Assembly: GCA_040767085.1 (NCBI GenBank)
Contig: JAXGPF010000004.1
Location: forward strand, 192,001-256,000
DNA length: 64,000 nucleotides
Source: Kiritimatiellia bacterium
GTDB taxonomy: Bacteria; Verrucomicrobiota; Kiritimatiellia; JAAZAB01
Reading direction: 5' to 3'
Part shown: positions 1 to 9,328 of the stretch, piece by piece
How positions within the stretch are numbered: the stretch's first letter is position 1
Layout: each line of letters starts with the position of its first letter
Notes under the pieces: model-generated
Seen by the model: the letters and a program-made list of their open reading frames with translations, nothing else
Told to the model about the DNA's origin: nothing
The model's database searches: none
Position numbers and translations under genes: made by a program

Positions 1-139
1 AATTCGGCCCGCTGCTCATCGGCAGCGATGTGGCCGAAGCCATTTACTATATTGTCACCCGCCCGCCCCACATGCACATCAGCGATATTGTGGTGCGTCC
101 GACGCGCCAGGACTATCCGTAATCGAAAGACCGACAGGT

Positions 140-1651
140 ATGCAGCAGATTTTAGTTGGCAAGGGGGAGCGTCCGGTAACGCTGCCGGCCCGCTACGGCA
201 ACCGCCACGGACTGATCGCAGGCGCCACCGGCACCGGCAAAACCGTCTCATTGATGGTCCTGGCCGAGGGCTTTTCACGGATGGGCGTGCCGGTTTTCAT
301 GGCCGATGTCAAAGGGGACGTGGCCGGCCTGGCGGCGGCGGGTGCGCCCGGCGAAAAACTCCTGCAGCGGGCGCGGCAGATCGGCGTAAAAAATTACGCC
401 GGGGAGGCCAATCCTGTGATTTTCTGGGATGTGTTCGGCCGGTCCGGCCACCCGGTGCGGACGACGGTCAGCGAAATCGGCCCCAGTCTGCTGGCGCGTA
501 TCCTGGGAATCAACGAAGTCCAGTCGGGCATGCTGGAAATCGCCTTTAAACTCGCGGATGACCAGGGTTGGCTGCTGCTCGACCTGGACGACCTGCGCGC
601 CCTGCTGGGCTATGTCGCCGACCACCGCAGTGAAATTTCCCGGCAATACGGACTGATCAGCGCGCCCTCCATCGCCGCCGTCCAGCGTTCGCTGCTGACC
701 CTGCAACGCGAAGGCGGGGCAGCCTTCCTGGGCGAGCCGGCGCTGGAACTGGGCGATTTGATGCGCACCGATCTCAGCGGGCGCGGCGTCATCAGCATCC
801 TGGCCGCCGACCAGCTGATTTTGCGGCCGCGATTGTATTCCAGCCTGCTGCTGTGGCTGCTTTCCGAATTGTTTGAGAACCTGCCGGAAGTGGGCGATCC
901 CGAACAGCCGCGCCTGGTGTTTTTCTTCGACGAAGCCCACCTGCTCTTCGACGATGCCCCGGCCATGCTGCGCCAGCGCGTCGAGCAAGTTGTGCGCATC
1001 ATCCGCTCCAAGGGCGTCGGCGTGTATTTTTGTTCGCAATTGCCGGATGATATCCCGGGTGAAATCCTCGGCCAGCTCGGCAACCGCATCCAGCACGCCC
1101 TGCGCGCTTTCACGCCGCGCGATCAGAAAGCCGTCAAAACCGCGGCTGAAACCTTCGCTGTCAATCCGGGACTGGACGCCGCCGCGGCCATCACGCAACT
1201 GGGCGTCGGCGAGGCCCTGGTCTCCACCCTGCAGGAAAAAGGCATTCCCCTGCCGGTGGAACGAGCCTTGATCAGTCCGCCGCGCTGCCGCATGGGCGCG
1301 ATTACCCCCGAGGAACGCGCCGCCATCCGCGCCCGCAGCCCGGTGGGCGCCAAATACGATCAACCCGTCAACCGGGAATCGGCCTACGAAATTCTGGCGC
1401 GCCGGGCCATGCAAGGCAGCCCGGCCCCGGAGCCGGTAATGCCGCCGGCGCCGCGGCCGGACCGGGCTCCGCCTGCCCAGCCGGACGGCGGTCGGGGCAA
1501 ATTCGGCGAAATGCTCTGGGGCACCAAGCGCCGCCAGGGGATGGTGGAAACGCTGGCGAAACAGACGGCGCGCACTGTGGGCAGCCAGCTTGGCCGGCAA
1601 ATTCTGCGGGGCTTGCTGGGCGGCATACTGGGTGGCGCCCGCCGCCGCTAG
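140..1651 (+). CDS. DUF853 / HerA-like P-loop ATPase (YjgR family)
   Basis: NRHGLIAGATGTGKT Walker A, FFFDEAHLLF Walker B, IRSKGVGVYF, QLGNRIQHALRAFTP; C-terminal GRQILRGLLGG typical of DUF853. Confidence 0.9.
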   Translation: MQQILVGKGERPVTLPARYGNRHGLIAGATGTGKTVSLMVLAEGFSRMGVPVFMADVKGDVAGLAAAGAPGEKLLQRARQIGVKNYAGEANPVIFWDVFGRSGHPVRTTVSEIGPSLLARILGINEVQSGMLEIAFKLADDQGWLLLDLDDLRALLGYVADHRSEISRQYGLISAPSIAAVQRSLLTLQREGGAAFLGEPALELGDLMRTDLSGRGVISILAADQLILRPRLYSSLLLWLLSELFENLPEVGDPEQPRLVFFFDEAHLLFDDAPAMLRQRVEQVVRIIRSKGVGVYFCSQLPDDIPGEILGQLGNRIQHALRAFTPRDQKAVKTAAETFAVNPGLDAAAAITQLGVGEALVSTLQEKGIPLPVERALISPPRCRMGAITPEERAAIRARSPVGAKYDQPVNRESAYEILARRAMQGSPAPEPVMPPAPRPDRAPPAQPDGGRGKFGEMLWGTKRRQGMVETLAKQTARTVGSQLGRQILRGLLGGILGGARRR

Positions 1652-1755
1652 CGCCGCCAGTTTGTGGTTGCAAAAAGAAGCGGCTTCGGATAGTTTTACA
1701 CTGTTGCCGGCCATGGCGACCGGCATGATTGGTTTCAGACGGGAGCATGATCGAA

Positions 1756-1965
1756 ATGAGCAAACAACCTGAATCACCGCCGCCGGAATGGGAACTCGGC
1801 GACTGGGAGGCGGCCCTGACGATCAATGTCGGCACGGCTTACGTTTGCCGCCAATGCGGCAATCTGGTCATGGTAACTCGCGGCGGCGTCGGCACCCTGG
1901 ACCTGGTCTGTTGCGGCGCCCCCATGGAAAAGATTGAAAAAACGCCGGCAGGAGGAACAGCCTGA
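1756..1965 (+). CDS. small desulforedoxin-like Fe(Cys)4 protein
   Basis: YVCRQCGNLVMV...LVCCGAPMEKI fits the desulforedoxin CxxC...CC pattern; alternative start at 1747. Confidence 0.8.
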   Translation: MSKQPESPPPEWELGDWEAALTINVGTAYVCRQCGNLVMVTRGGVGTLDLVCCGAPMEKIEKTPAGGTA

Positions 1966-2213
1966 TGCCAGCCGCCAAACCCAGGGGAGCCATTTACGTC
2001 TGCCCGGTCTGCGGCGCCGAAATTATCGTGCTGGCGCCGTGCCAGGGCTGTTTCGCCCCACGCTGCTGCAACCAGCCCATGGAAATACGCCCGCAGCGTG
2101 TCAAATTCTACGTCTGCCCGGTCTGCGGCTCTGAAATCGCGGCGCTGCACCAGGCGCGCTCCGTCAATTTTCATCCCCGCTGCTGCGGCCAGGACATGCA
2201 ACCGGCGGCGTGA
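1965..2213 (+). CDS. tandem double desulforedoxin-like protein
   Basis: Two units: YVCPVCGAEI...PRCCNQPM and YVCPVCGSEI...PRCCGQDM; TGATG stop/start overlap with the previous gene. Confidence 0.8.
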   Translation: MPAAKPRGAIYVCPVCGAEIIVLAPCQGCFAPRCCNQPMEIRPQRVKFYVCPVCGSEIAALHQARSVNFHPRCCGQDMQPAA

Positions 2214-2251
2214 CGGGACGCGTCCGCCTCGCGCGCGGCGTCGGTTGGCGG

Positions 2252-2659
2252 TTATTCCACGGATACGACCACCCGGAAAACACTGCCCGGATCGGCGTTG
2301 CCGGCCTGTCGGTAAGTCATCACAATCTCGGTTTGCCCGCGCTGAACAGCTTCGAAAACCGTGTAATACCGCCCACCGGTGCCGACCTTGCCCCCGCTGT
2401 CATCCGCCGCATATCGCGGGCCTTCCATCCGCGCGACCACGGCGGCATCGTAGGCCCCAACCTCCCAGCGGTACCCGGTGGTGGGATTGCCGGTCAGACA
2501 TATTTCCAATTCCTCCCCGCGTTCCAGACGCACCGCGGCGCCGTTGTCAGCTTCAGTGACACACTGTCCGCCCCGGTGTGACTCGCACCCGCCGGCCCAC
2601 CCAGCCAGAATTAAAGCCGCCGCCGCACCGCCCCAACCCGCCAATCGCCATGCTTGCAT
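2252..2659 (-). CDS. chagasin-family (I42) protease inhibitor, probable lipoprotein
   Basis: LTGNPTTGYRW and GKVGTGG chagasin motifs; signal peptide ending AGGC. Confidence 0.8.
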   Translation of the reverse strand: MQAWRLAGWGGAAAALILAGWAGGCESHRGGQCVTEADNGAAVRLERGEELEICLTGNPTTGYRWEVGAYDAAVVARMEGPRYAADDSGGKVGTGGRYYTVFEAVQRGQTEIVMTYRQAGNADPGSVFRVVVSVE

Positions 2660-2805
2660 GCCATCCCCCTTGTTTTCCTGAATGAATCTACCTCCCGGCC
2701 CGGCCTGCACCCGGCGTCCTGCGCGCGCCGGAAATTGCCAGCTTGACTCGCATAGCCGATTCCGGTACAAGTTACAAAGCGCCGTAAGCCGTTGCCGGGC
2801 AAATT

Positions 2806-3501
2806 ATGAATATCAAGCCGCATGATTTCTGGTACGCCGTAAACAACACGGAGATCGTGTTGATGCCGCACAATCCCCTGGAAACGTTCGGCGTCACCAA
2901 CCTGCGTTACTACATGGTCAGCGAATTGATGGACACCGTCAACCAGGTGCGGGTGCGGGAAGGCACCATTCAATCGCATCGGCCGCAGATCGTCACGCCG
3001 GCTTACTACGAGTCCGAAATCGCCGAAGGCTTCGGCGAACAAGCCCGACAATACGCGGAATGGCTGCGGCAGCACGCCCGCGATTTGCGCATTCTCCAAT
3101 ACGGCTTCAAAGTCCAGAAAACCGAGTTGAACGAACATATCATCTCCGCCCCGCCGCCCGCGGTTATTGAACAGATCAAGAAAAGCATCGCCGAAAAAGA
3201 TGACAAACTGGCCGGCATCATCTACGGCGTGGATCAGCCATGGGATGTCTGCCTGATCAAATTCATGGTGGACGTCATCCGCCAGTCGGCGCCGCTGAAT
3301 TTCCAGGAATTGCATCAACGGCATTTGCTCGACGATGCCAACGGCGTGCCGAAGGCGGTCCGGCAGGAGGTCGAGCGCCTTTTCCTGGCCGCCAGCCGCG
3401 ATTCTTCCCAAATCAAGCCCCTGGCCGGTTACCTGCGCAAACACGGCCTGTTTGGGGAATACGAAGACCGGTTTTTCGCATTGGTGCAGCAAGGCCGTTA
3501 A
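2806..3501 (+). CDS. conserved hypothetical protein
   Basis: 231-aa ORF with strong coding bias; no recognised catalytic motif. Confidence 0.75.
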   Translation: MNIKPHDFWYAVNNTEIVLMPHNPLETFGVTNLRYYMVSELMDTVNQVRVREGTIQSHRPQIVTPAYYESEIAEGFGEQARQYAEWLRQHARDLRILQYGFKVQKTELNEHIISAPPPAVIEQIKKSIAEKDDKLAGIIYGVDQPWDVCLIKFMVDVIRQSAPLNFQELHQRHLLDDANGVPKAVRQEVERLFLAASRDSSQIKPLAGYLRKHGLFGEYEDRFFALVQQGR

Positions 3502-3510
3502 GGCCGCCAG

Positions 3511-3693
3511 TCAACGCCCCCCCGCCCCCCAACCGGCCAGAAATCCCAGGATGCCCCAGATCGCCGGCGCCAGGTACGGATTGCCGGTCAAGGGGCAACC
3601 GCCGCCCCGGCACCCGACAAACCGGTAGAGGGCCCAACCCAGCAGTGCTCCCAGCACACCGCCGATCACTGCGCGCAACCATGCGTGATGCAT
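3511..3693 (-). CDS. DUF6132-like small membrane protein
   Basis: Two hydrophobic helices around YRFVGCRGGGCPLTGNP; AGGAGG 7 nt before the ATG. Confidence 0.75.
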   Translation of the reverse strand: MHHAWLRAVIGGVLGALLGWALYRFVGCRGGGCPLTGNPYLAPAIWGILGFLAGWGAGGR

Positions 3694-3923
3694 ATTTCAT
3701 CCTCCTATTCGGCAGCATATTCCCTGCGCCATGGAAAAACAATTCATTTCGTCGCCGCTGGTGAAAAAGAGACTGATTTCACCTTCGTCCCTGTTTTCGC
3801 TTTTGCGCTCCCGTATCAGTTTATTTTACTGGCATTTGATCCGGACAAGTGTTATTTTTAAGCGCGCGTGGAGTGCTGTGCTATCTGAATCATCTTATAG
3901 CAAGCAGGTTATGAACGACGAAA

Positions 3924-6833
3924 ATGCCGGCCGCCCTTCATCCCGGACAGCCGGATTGCCGGACTTCATTATCAAGCCGCGCCCGCGACGCAAGGATAAA
4001 AGTGCACAGTCCATCGTTATGCCGGCTGTTATTGAGCAGATGCCCGCTGTGGCTGGCGTTGCCGGCTTGCCTCAGCCTCAGCCTGCCGGTCGCAGCTCCA
4101 TGCCAGGCAGAAGTCATCCATGAAGCGACGGTGACCTTCAGCGATGCCGCCCACCCGCCGCTGGTTTTCCATGATGCCGAAGGGCAGCTTCGCGGCATCC
4201 TGCCGGACCAATGGATGCTCTGGTCGAAAAAAACTGGCATCAAGGTGAATTTTCGGACGCTGCCCGCCGGGGAGGACCGCCGCGGCATCCAGGAAGGCCG
4301 CGCGGATATCATTGAAGCCGTAGTGCACGGCGATGAATACACCGGGCATTACGTATTGCGGCCGCACACCCGGATCAATCTGCCGGTTTACACGCACAAA
4401 TCGCTCAGCGGCATCGCCGACGTGGCATCGCTGAAAAATTTCGCCATCGGCGTCAAGGCCGGTGACGCCACGGGGCGCCACCTGGCCAGCCGGGGTGTGG
4501 TCAACCTGCGGGAATACCCGGGTTACGAAGACGTGATACTGGCCGCCAAGCGCGGGGAGATCATGGTGTTCGCCATGAGCGAATTGCCCATGATCTATTT
4601 CCTCTGCAAACACGGCCTGGCGCGCGACTTTCACCATGCCTTCACGCTTTGCGCGGTTGACATGCAGCGGGGTGTCGCCCGACGCAACCCGCGCCTGGCG
4701 CAACTGGTGGAAAGCGGCTTCAAGCAATTTTCCAGCACGGAATACAAGGCCATCGAACGGAAATGGCGCGGCGCGCCGTTCCTGCTGGCGGCTTTCATCC
4801 GGCACTGGTGGCTCTGGATTGCCGGCGCCAGCGCGGTCGTGCTGGCGCTGGCCTTAAGCAATCTGATCCTGGCGCGCCACGCGCGCCATAAGTCGGCGGC
4901 GCTGCTGGCCACCCGCGGGCATTTCACGATCATGTGCGATTTGATCAACGACGCGCTGCTGGAACTGGAGCCCGCCACTGGCGCCATCATCAATGTTAAC
5001 CGCAGCATGTGCGAGATGTTCGGATACGCCGCCCCCAGAGACGTTGCGGCCGCGGGACTGGCAGCCTTGAGTTCCGGCAAACCGTCCTACACCCTGAACG
5101 ACCTGCAGGAATGGATCCGCAAGGCGTCCGCAGAGGGGCCGCAGGTTTTCGAGTGGCAGGCGCGGCACCGCAAGGGATACTTTTTCTGGGTGGAAGTCCA
5201 TATGCGCCGGGCGCAAAGCGGCGCGAGCGACCGCCTGTTTGTTTCCGCGCACAATATCACTCAACACCGCCGCGCGGCGCAGGAGTTGGCCCTGGCGTTG
5301 CATCGCTACAGCCTGTTGGAAAAGCAGCACCGGATCGTCACCTGGTCGCTTGACCGCCTGGGGATATACACCAACCTGGGCACGGAAGTCGAGGAAGTCT
5401 GGAAATACCGACCGGAGGAACTGGTCGGGAAAACCTATTTTTACGAATTGCATCCCGCGGAAGGCCGCACCGCCTTCCAAACGCGGGTGTCGGGCAATCT
5501 CGCCCACGGGCAGCCATTCCGCAACCTGGTCCATCCCTTGACCGCCAAGTCGGGCGAAATCATCTGGCTCTCTTCCACCGGCATTCCGCTGTTGGACGAC
5601 CAGGGCCAGGTCACCGGCGCCTGGGGCACCAGCGCCGACATCACGGAACTGAAACGCGCGGAATCCGAAAACGCCACCATCCAGGAACGCTTGAAGAACG
5701 TGCAAAAGTTCGAGTCCATCGGACGTTTTGCCGGCGCCGTCGCGCATGATTTCAACAACATGCTCCAGGGCATCCTGGGCTATACGGACCTGGCGTTGGA
5801 GCAGGTTCCCGCCGGCCAGCCGCTGCGCGCCGACTTGGAGGAAATCCAGAAAACCGCCCGCCGCGCCACCCAATTGACGGGCCAGCTCCAGACCTTTGCC
5901 CGCAGCCAGTCCGTCGTCCCGAAAACATTTGTTTTGAACGCGGCGCTGGAAAACATGACCGGCATGCTCCACCGCCTGCTGGGCGATCGAATCCAACTGA
6001 TCTGGAAACCCGGCGGGCGGGCCGATGCCATCCGGATGGATCCCGGCCAATTGGAACAGATCATGACCAACCTGTGTTCCAACGCCCGCGACGCCATCGA
6101 GCAATCCGGCCGGGTGGTGATCGAAACGGAGAGGGTGGACATCGCTTCCGCGGAAACGGGGCGGCATGCCGGAATCGCGGCCGGCCAGTACATGCTGCTT
6201 GCCGTGCGCGATGACGGAACCGGCATGCCTCCAGAAGTCCGCGACCGCGTTTTCGAGCCGTTTTTCACCACCAAAACCCGCAGCCGGGGCGCGGGCCTGG
6301 GCCTGGCGACGGTTTACAGCATTGTCGCCCAGAATGGCGGCCATATCAGCATGGAAAGCGCGCCCGACCGCGGGACTTTGTGCAAAATATATCTGCCCCG
6401 TTGCGCGCCGGATCATGCCGCTGCTGAAAAGCGCGCCGCCCAGCCCGCACCGGTGGCAGCCGCGCATTACTGCGTGCTGCTGGTGGATGATGAAGAACCG
6501 GTGTTGTGCACCACCCAGCGGATATTGGAACACATGGGCTGCCGGGTCTGGACGGCCAATTCCGCCCGCGCCGCCCTGGCCTTGTTCCAGGAACACCGCG
6601 ACCGGATCCAACTGCTCATCACCGACGTGATGATGCCCGAAATGAACGGCCCGGAACTGGTGCGCCAACTGCGGAAACAAAATCCGCAATTGAAATACCT
6701 TTATATCTCCGGGCACAGCGTCAATTTCCTGGCCGAACAGGGCGTGAACGGCAACGCCGAGAATTTCATTCAGAAACCGTTTAACCAGCAAACGCTGGCT
6801 GAGAAAGTGCACGCGTGCCTCGCCCAGGCGTAG
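3924..6833 (+). CDS. hybrid sensor histidine kinase (periplasmic-binding domain, TM, 2 PAS, HisKA/HATPase, receiver)
   Basis: AHDFNNML H-box, NLCSNARDA N-box, FFTTK..GAGLGL G-boxes, VLLVDDE/LITDVMMP/QKPF receiver; start uncertain. Confidence 0.92.
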   Translation: MPAALHPGQPDCRTSLSSRARDARIKVHSPSLCRLLLSRCPLWLALPACLSLSLPVAAPCQAEVIHEATVTFSDAAHPPLVFHDAEGQLRGILPDQWMLWSKKTGIKVNFRTLPAGEDRRGIQEGRADIIEAVVHGDEYTGHYVLRPHTRINLPVYTHKSLSGIADVASLKNFAIGVKAGDATGRHLASRGVVNLREYPGYEDVILAAKRGEIMVFAMSELPMIYFLCKHGLARDFHHAFTLCAVDMQRGVARRNPRLAQLVESGFKQFSSTEYKAIERKWRGAPFLLAAFIRHWWLWIAGASAVVLALALSNLILARHARHKSAALLATRGHFTIMCDLINDALLELEPATGAIINVNRSMCEMFGYAAPRDVAAAGLAALSSGKPSYTLNDLQEWIRKASAEGPQVFEWQARHRKGYFFWVEVHMRRAQSGASDRLFVSAHNITQHRRAAQELALALHRYSLLEKQHRIVTWSLDRLGIYTNLGTEVEEVWKYRPEELVGKTYFYELHPAEGRTAFQTRVSGNLAHGQPFRNLVHPLTAKSGEIIWLSSTGIPLLDDQGQVTGAWGTSADITELKRAESENATIQERLKNVQKFESIGRFAGAVAHDFNNMLQGILGYTDLALEQVPAGQPLRADLEEIQKTARRATQLTGQLQTFARSQSVVPKTFVLNAALENMTGMLHRLLGDRIQLIWKPGGRADAIRMDPGQLEQIMTNLCSNARDAIEQSGRVVIETERVDIASAETGRHAGIAAGQYMLLAVRDDGTGMPPEVRDRVFEPFFTTKTRSRGAGLGLATVYSIVAQNGGHISMESAPDRGTLCKIYLPRCAPDHAAAEKRAAQPAPVAAAHYCVLLVDDEEPVLCTTQRILEHMGCRVWTANSARAALALFQEHRDRIQLLITDVMMPEMNGPELVRQLRKQNPQLKYLYISGHSVNFLAEQGVNGNAENFIQKPFNQQTLAEKVHACLAQA

Positions 6834-6836
6834 CGC

Positions 6837-8180
6837 TCAGGACGCCGGAGCGCCATCCCGCCCGGCCGCCCACTCCCGGAACCGCTGCCCGCGTTCCTCG
6901 AAATTGCGAAACTGGTCAAAACTGGCGCAACCCGGCGACAGCAAAATAGTGTCACCCGGCCCCGCATCATCCCAGGCCGCAGCGCAGGCCGCGTCCAGCG
7001 TGCCGCAAATCCGGCAGTCAACCGCGCCGCGCCAGGCTTCCGCCATGGCGGGCGCCGACTGTCCGATCAGGTACACAGCCGCCGCTTTCCCCCGCAGCAG
7101 CGCGGCCGCCGGACCGAACGGTTCGCCCTTGCCTGTGCCGCCGGCTATCAGCCGCAGGGGCCCGGGCAGCGCGCGCAGCGCGGCGCACATGGCGGCCATG
7201 TTGGTAGCTTTCGAGTCGTTGATGAAGCGCACGCCACCTGCGCAACCGACGGCTTCCATGCGGTGCGGCAATGCCACAAATTCGCGCGCGGCCGCTTCCA
7301 GGCAGGGAGCGGCAATACCGCAGGCCTGCATGGCGGCGGCGGCGGCCGCCGCCGCCGCGCCCAGAACCGGATTGTCAAAAACCGTCCCGCTGAGATTGAT
7401 GACTGCGGCGCCGCCGGGCCCTGTCACCCGGCCGGGGCGGTAAATAAAATCCGCCGGCGGCGCTCTGCCGAAAGTCAGCCATTGCGCGGCTGATGCCGGC
7501 GGGTCGAATCGCCGCAGCAATGCCGGCTCCATGATGCCGACATTGCCGGCGCCGAGAGCGGCAAAAAGCCGGAACTTCAAGTTGCGATATGTTGCCATGC
7601 CGCCATGCCGGTCCAGATGGTTGGGCAGCACGTTCAATAAAACGGCGACATCCGGGCGGATTTCTCCGGGGAATTCCAATTGAAAGGAACTGACTTCCAA
7701 CACGACCCAGTCATATTCCGCGCCATCCAGGACTACCTGGCAGGCGGGGCGGCCGTAATTTCCCGCGGGACAAGCCCGCCGCCCCGCCCGCGCCAGGGCC
7801 TCAGCGCATAGTTTCACCAGCGTGCTCTTGCCGTTCGAGCCGGTAATGGCCAACACGCGCGCCCGCAGGTGGCGCCACCCGAAGGCCAGTTCCGAAACGA
7901 CCGGTATGCCGCGCGCGGCCGCCGCGCGCAGCCAGGGAGAATCGGCCGGCAGGCCGGGACTGACCACGCAGAGATCGAACACGCCGGGCGGCAAGCCGGC
8001 GGCGCCCACCGACACGGCGCAACCTTCCGCGCGCAAAGCCGCGGCCGTCTGGCGCAAGACCGGGTTGTCGGCGGCGTCCGCCGCCGTTACCGCCGCTTTT
8101 TGCCGCCGCAGCAGGCGCGCCGCCGCCACTCCACTGGCGCCCAGCCCCAGCACCAGTGCATTCTGTGCGCCGCCAGCCAT
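6837..8180 (-). CDS. murD: UDP-MurNAc-L-Ala:D-Glu ligase
   Basis: GLGASG, ITGSNGKST, EVSSFQL, NDSKATN, LLSPGCASFDQF. Confidence 0.95.
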   Translation of the reverse strand: MAGGAQNALVLGLGASGVAAARLLRRQKAAVTAADAADNPVLRQTAAALRAEGCAVSVGAAGLPPGVFDLCVVSPGLPADSPWLRAAAARGIPVVSELAFGWRHLRARVLAITGSNGKSTLVKLCAEALARAGRRACPAGNYGRPACQVVLDGAEYDWVVLEVSSFQLEFPGEIRPDVAVLLNVLPNHLDRHGGMATYRNLKFRLFAALGAGNVGIMEPALLRRFDPPASAAQWLTFGRAPPADFIYRPGRVTGPGGAAVINLSGTVFDNPVLGAAAAAAAAAMQACGIAAPCLEAAAREFVALPHRMEAVGCAGGVRFINDSKATNMAAMCAALRALPGPLRLIAGGTGKGEPFGPAAALLRGKAAAVYLIGQSAPAMAEAWRGAVDCRICGTLDAACAAAWDDAGPGDTILLSPGCASFDQFRNFEERGQRFREWAAGRDGAPAS

Positions 8181-8192
8181 GAGACCTGTATC

Positions 8193-9308
8193 CTAACGGA
8201 TTTTCAGCATCAAAACGCCGCACAGCGCGCAAATGATGGAAACAATCCAAAAACGGATGGTCACTTGCGTTTCGCTCCACGGCCGGTTTTTTTTCAATTC
8301 GAAGTGGTGGTGCAGCGGCGCGCAGGCGAAAATCCGCCGACGCGTCCATTTGAACCATCCGACTTGCAGAATCACGCTTGCCGCTTCCATGACAAACACC
8401 CCGCCAATGACCAGGAGGGCCAACTCGTGCTTGATCAGGACCGCCACGATCCCGAGACCGCCGCCCAGCGCCAGGCTGCCCGTATCGCCCATGAAGACCT
8501 GCGCGGGATGGCAGTTGAACCATAAAAAACCCAGGGCGCCGCCCAGCAGGCACCCGCAAAACACCGCCAACTCTCCCGCCCCGGCGATGTATGGCACCTG
8601 CAAATACGCCGCAAACTGGACATGACCGGCCACGTAGGCCAGCACCAGGTACGCCAGCGCGACCGACCCGGTGCAACCGATGGCCAGGCCATCCAGGCCG
8701 TCGGTCAAATTCACGGCATTGCTGGCGCCGATCATGACCAGCGCCGCGAAAATGAATCCCGCCAGCCAGCCCATGTCCGCCAGCGCCGGCGTCTTGCAGA
8801 AGGGCACCATCAATTGGCGCGCGTGCTCGCGCGTCAAGGGCAGGCTCAGCATGACGCCAAACACCGCCGCCGCCCACAATACCTGCAGCAGCAGTTTCTG
8901 GCGCGCCGGCAGCCCGCCGGGACGGCGGCGCACCACCTTGATGAAATCGTCCGCAAAGCCGATGCCGCCAAACGCCAGCATCGTAGCCAGGGCCAGCCAG
9001 ATTAACGGGCTGGCCGGTATGGCCCAAAGCAAAACGGCGGCGCCGACGGATGCCATGATCAGCAGCCCGCCCATGGTGGGCGTGGTTTTCTTTTGCGCGC
9101 CATGCAGGTCGTCCAGCGCGGGGGCGTCCGCGCGGTAGCGCGTGGCATCCCCGCTGCACAGATGGCCCAGACGGCGGATCACCCACGGCCCCAGGATGAG
9201 GCTGAGGATGAATGCCGTGCCGGCGCCCGCAAAAGCGCGCACGGTGATATATTGAAACACCCGCAAGACCGACCATTCATCCGCCAGCAAGTGCAGGTAA
9301 TACAGCAT
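8193..9308 (-). CDS. mraY: phospho-MurNAc-pentapeptide transferase
   Basis: KKTTPTMGG, NAVNLTDGLDGL, FMGDTGSL, APLHHHFE; start taken at MLYYL. Confidence 0.96.
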   Translation of the reverse strand: MLYYLHLLADEWSVLRVFQYITVRAFAGAGTAFILSLILGPWVIRRLGHLCSGDATRYRADAPALDDLHGAQKKTTPTMGGLLIMASVGAAVLLWAIPASPLIWLALATMLAFGGIGFADDFIKVVRRRPGGLPARQKLLLQVLWAAAVFGVMLSLPLTREHARQLMVPFCKTPALADMGWLAGFIFAALVMIGASNAVNLTDGLDGLAIGCTGSVALAYLVLAYVAGHVQFAAYLQVPYIAGAGELAVFCGCLLGGALGFLWFNCHPAQVFMGDTGSLALGGGLGIVAVLIKHELALLVIGGVFVMEAASVILQVGWFKWTRRRIFACAPLHHHFELKKNRPWSETQVTIRFWIVSIICALCGVLMLKIR

Positions 9309-9328
9309 GGCCCGTCCCTTCCCGTGTC

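Noticed and set aside
1-43. Possible start of a minus-strand gene running off the left edge (MASATSLPMSSGPN)
   Set aside because: Too short to support
140-1651. HerA-like ATPase as an anti-phage system
   Set aside because: It is the widespread DUF853/YjgR type with no adjacent nuclease, SIR2 or other effector gene in the window
275-1777. Long antisense ORFs (also 4854-6812, 22174-23526, 49305-50564, 50646-52418)
   Set aside because: Shadow frames opposite well-supported genes, expected in GC-rich DNA; no motifs
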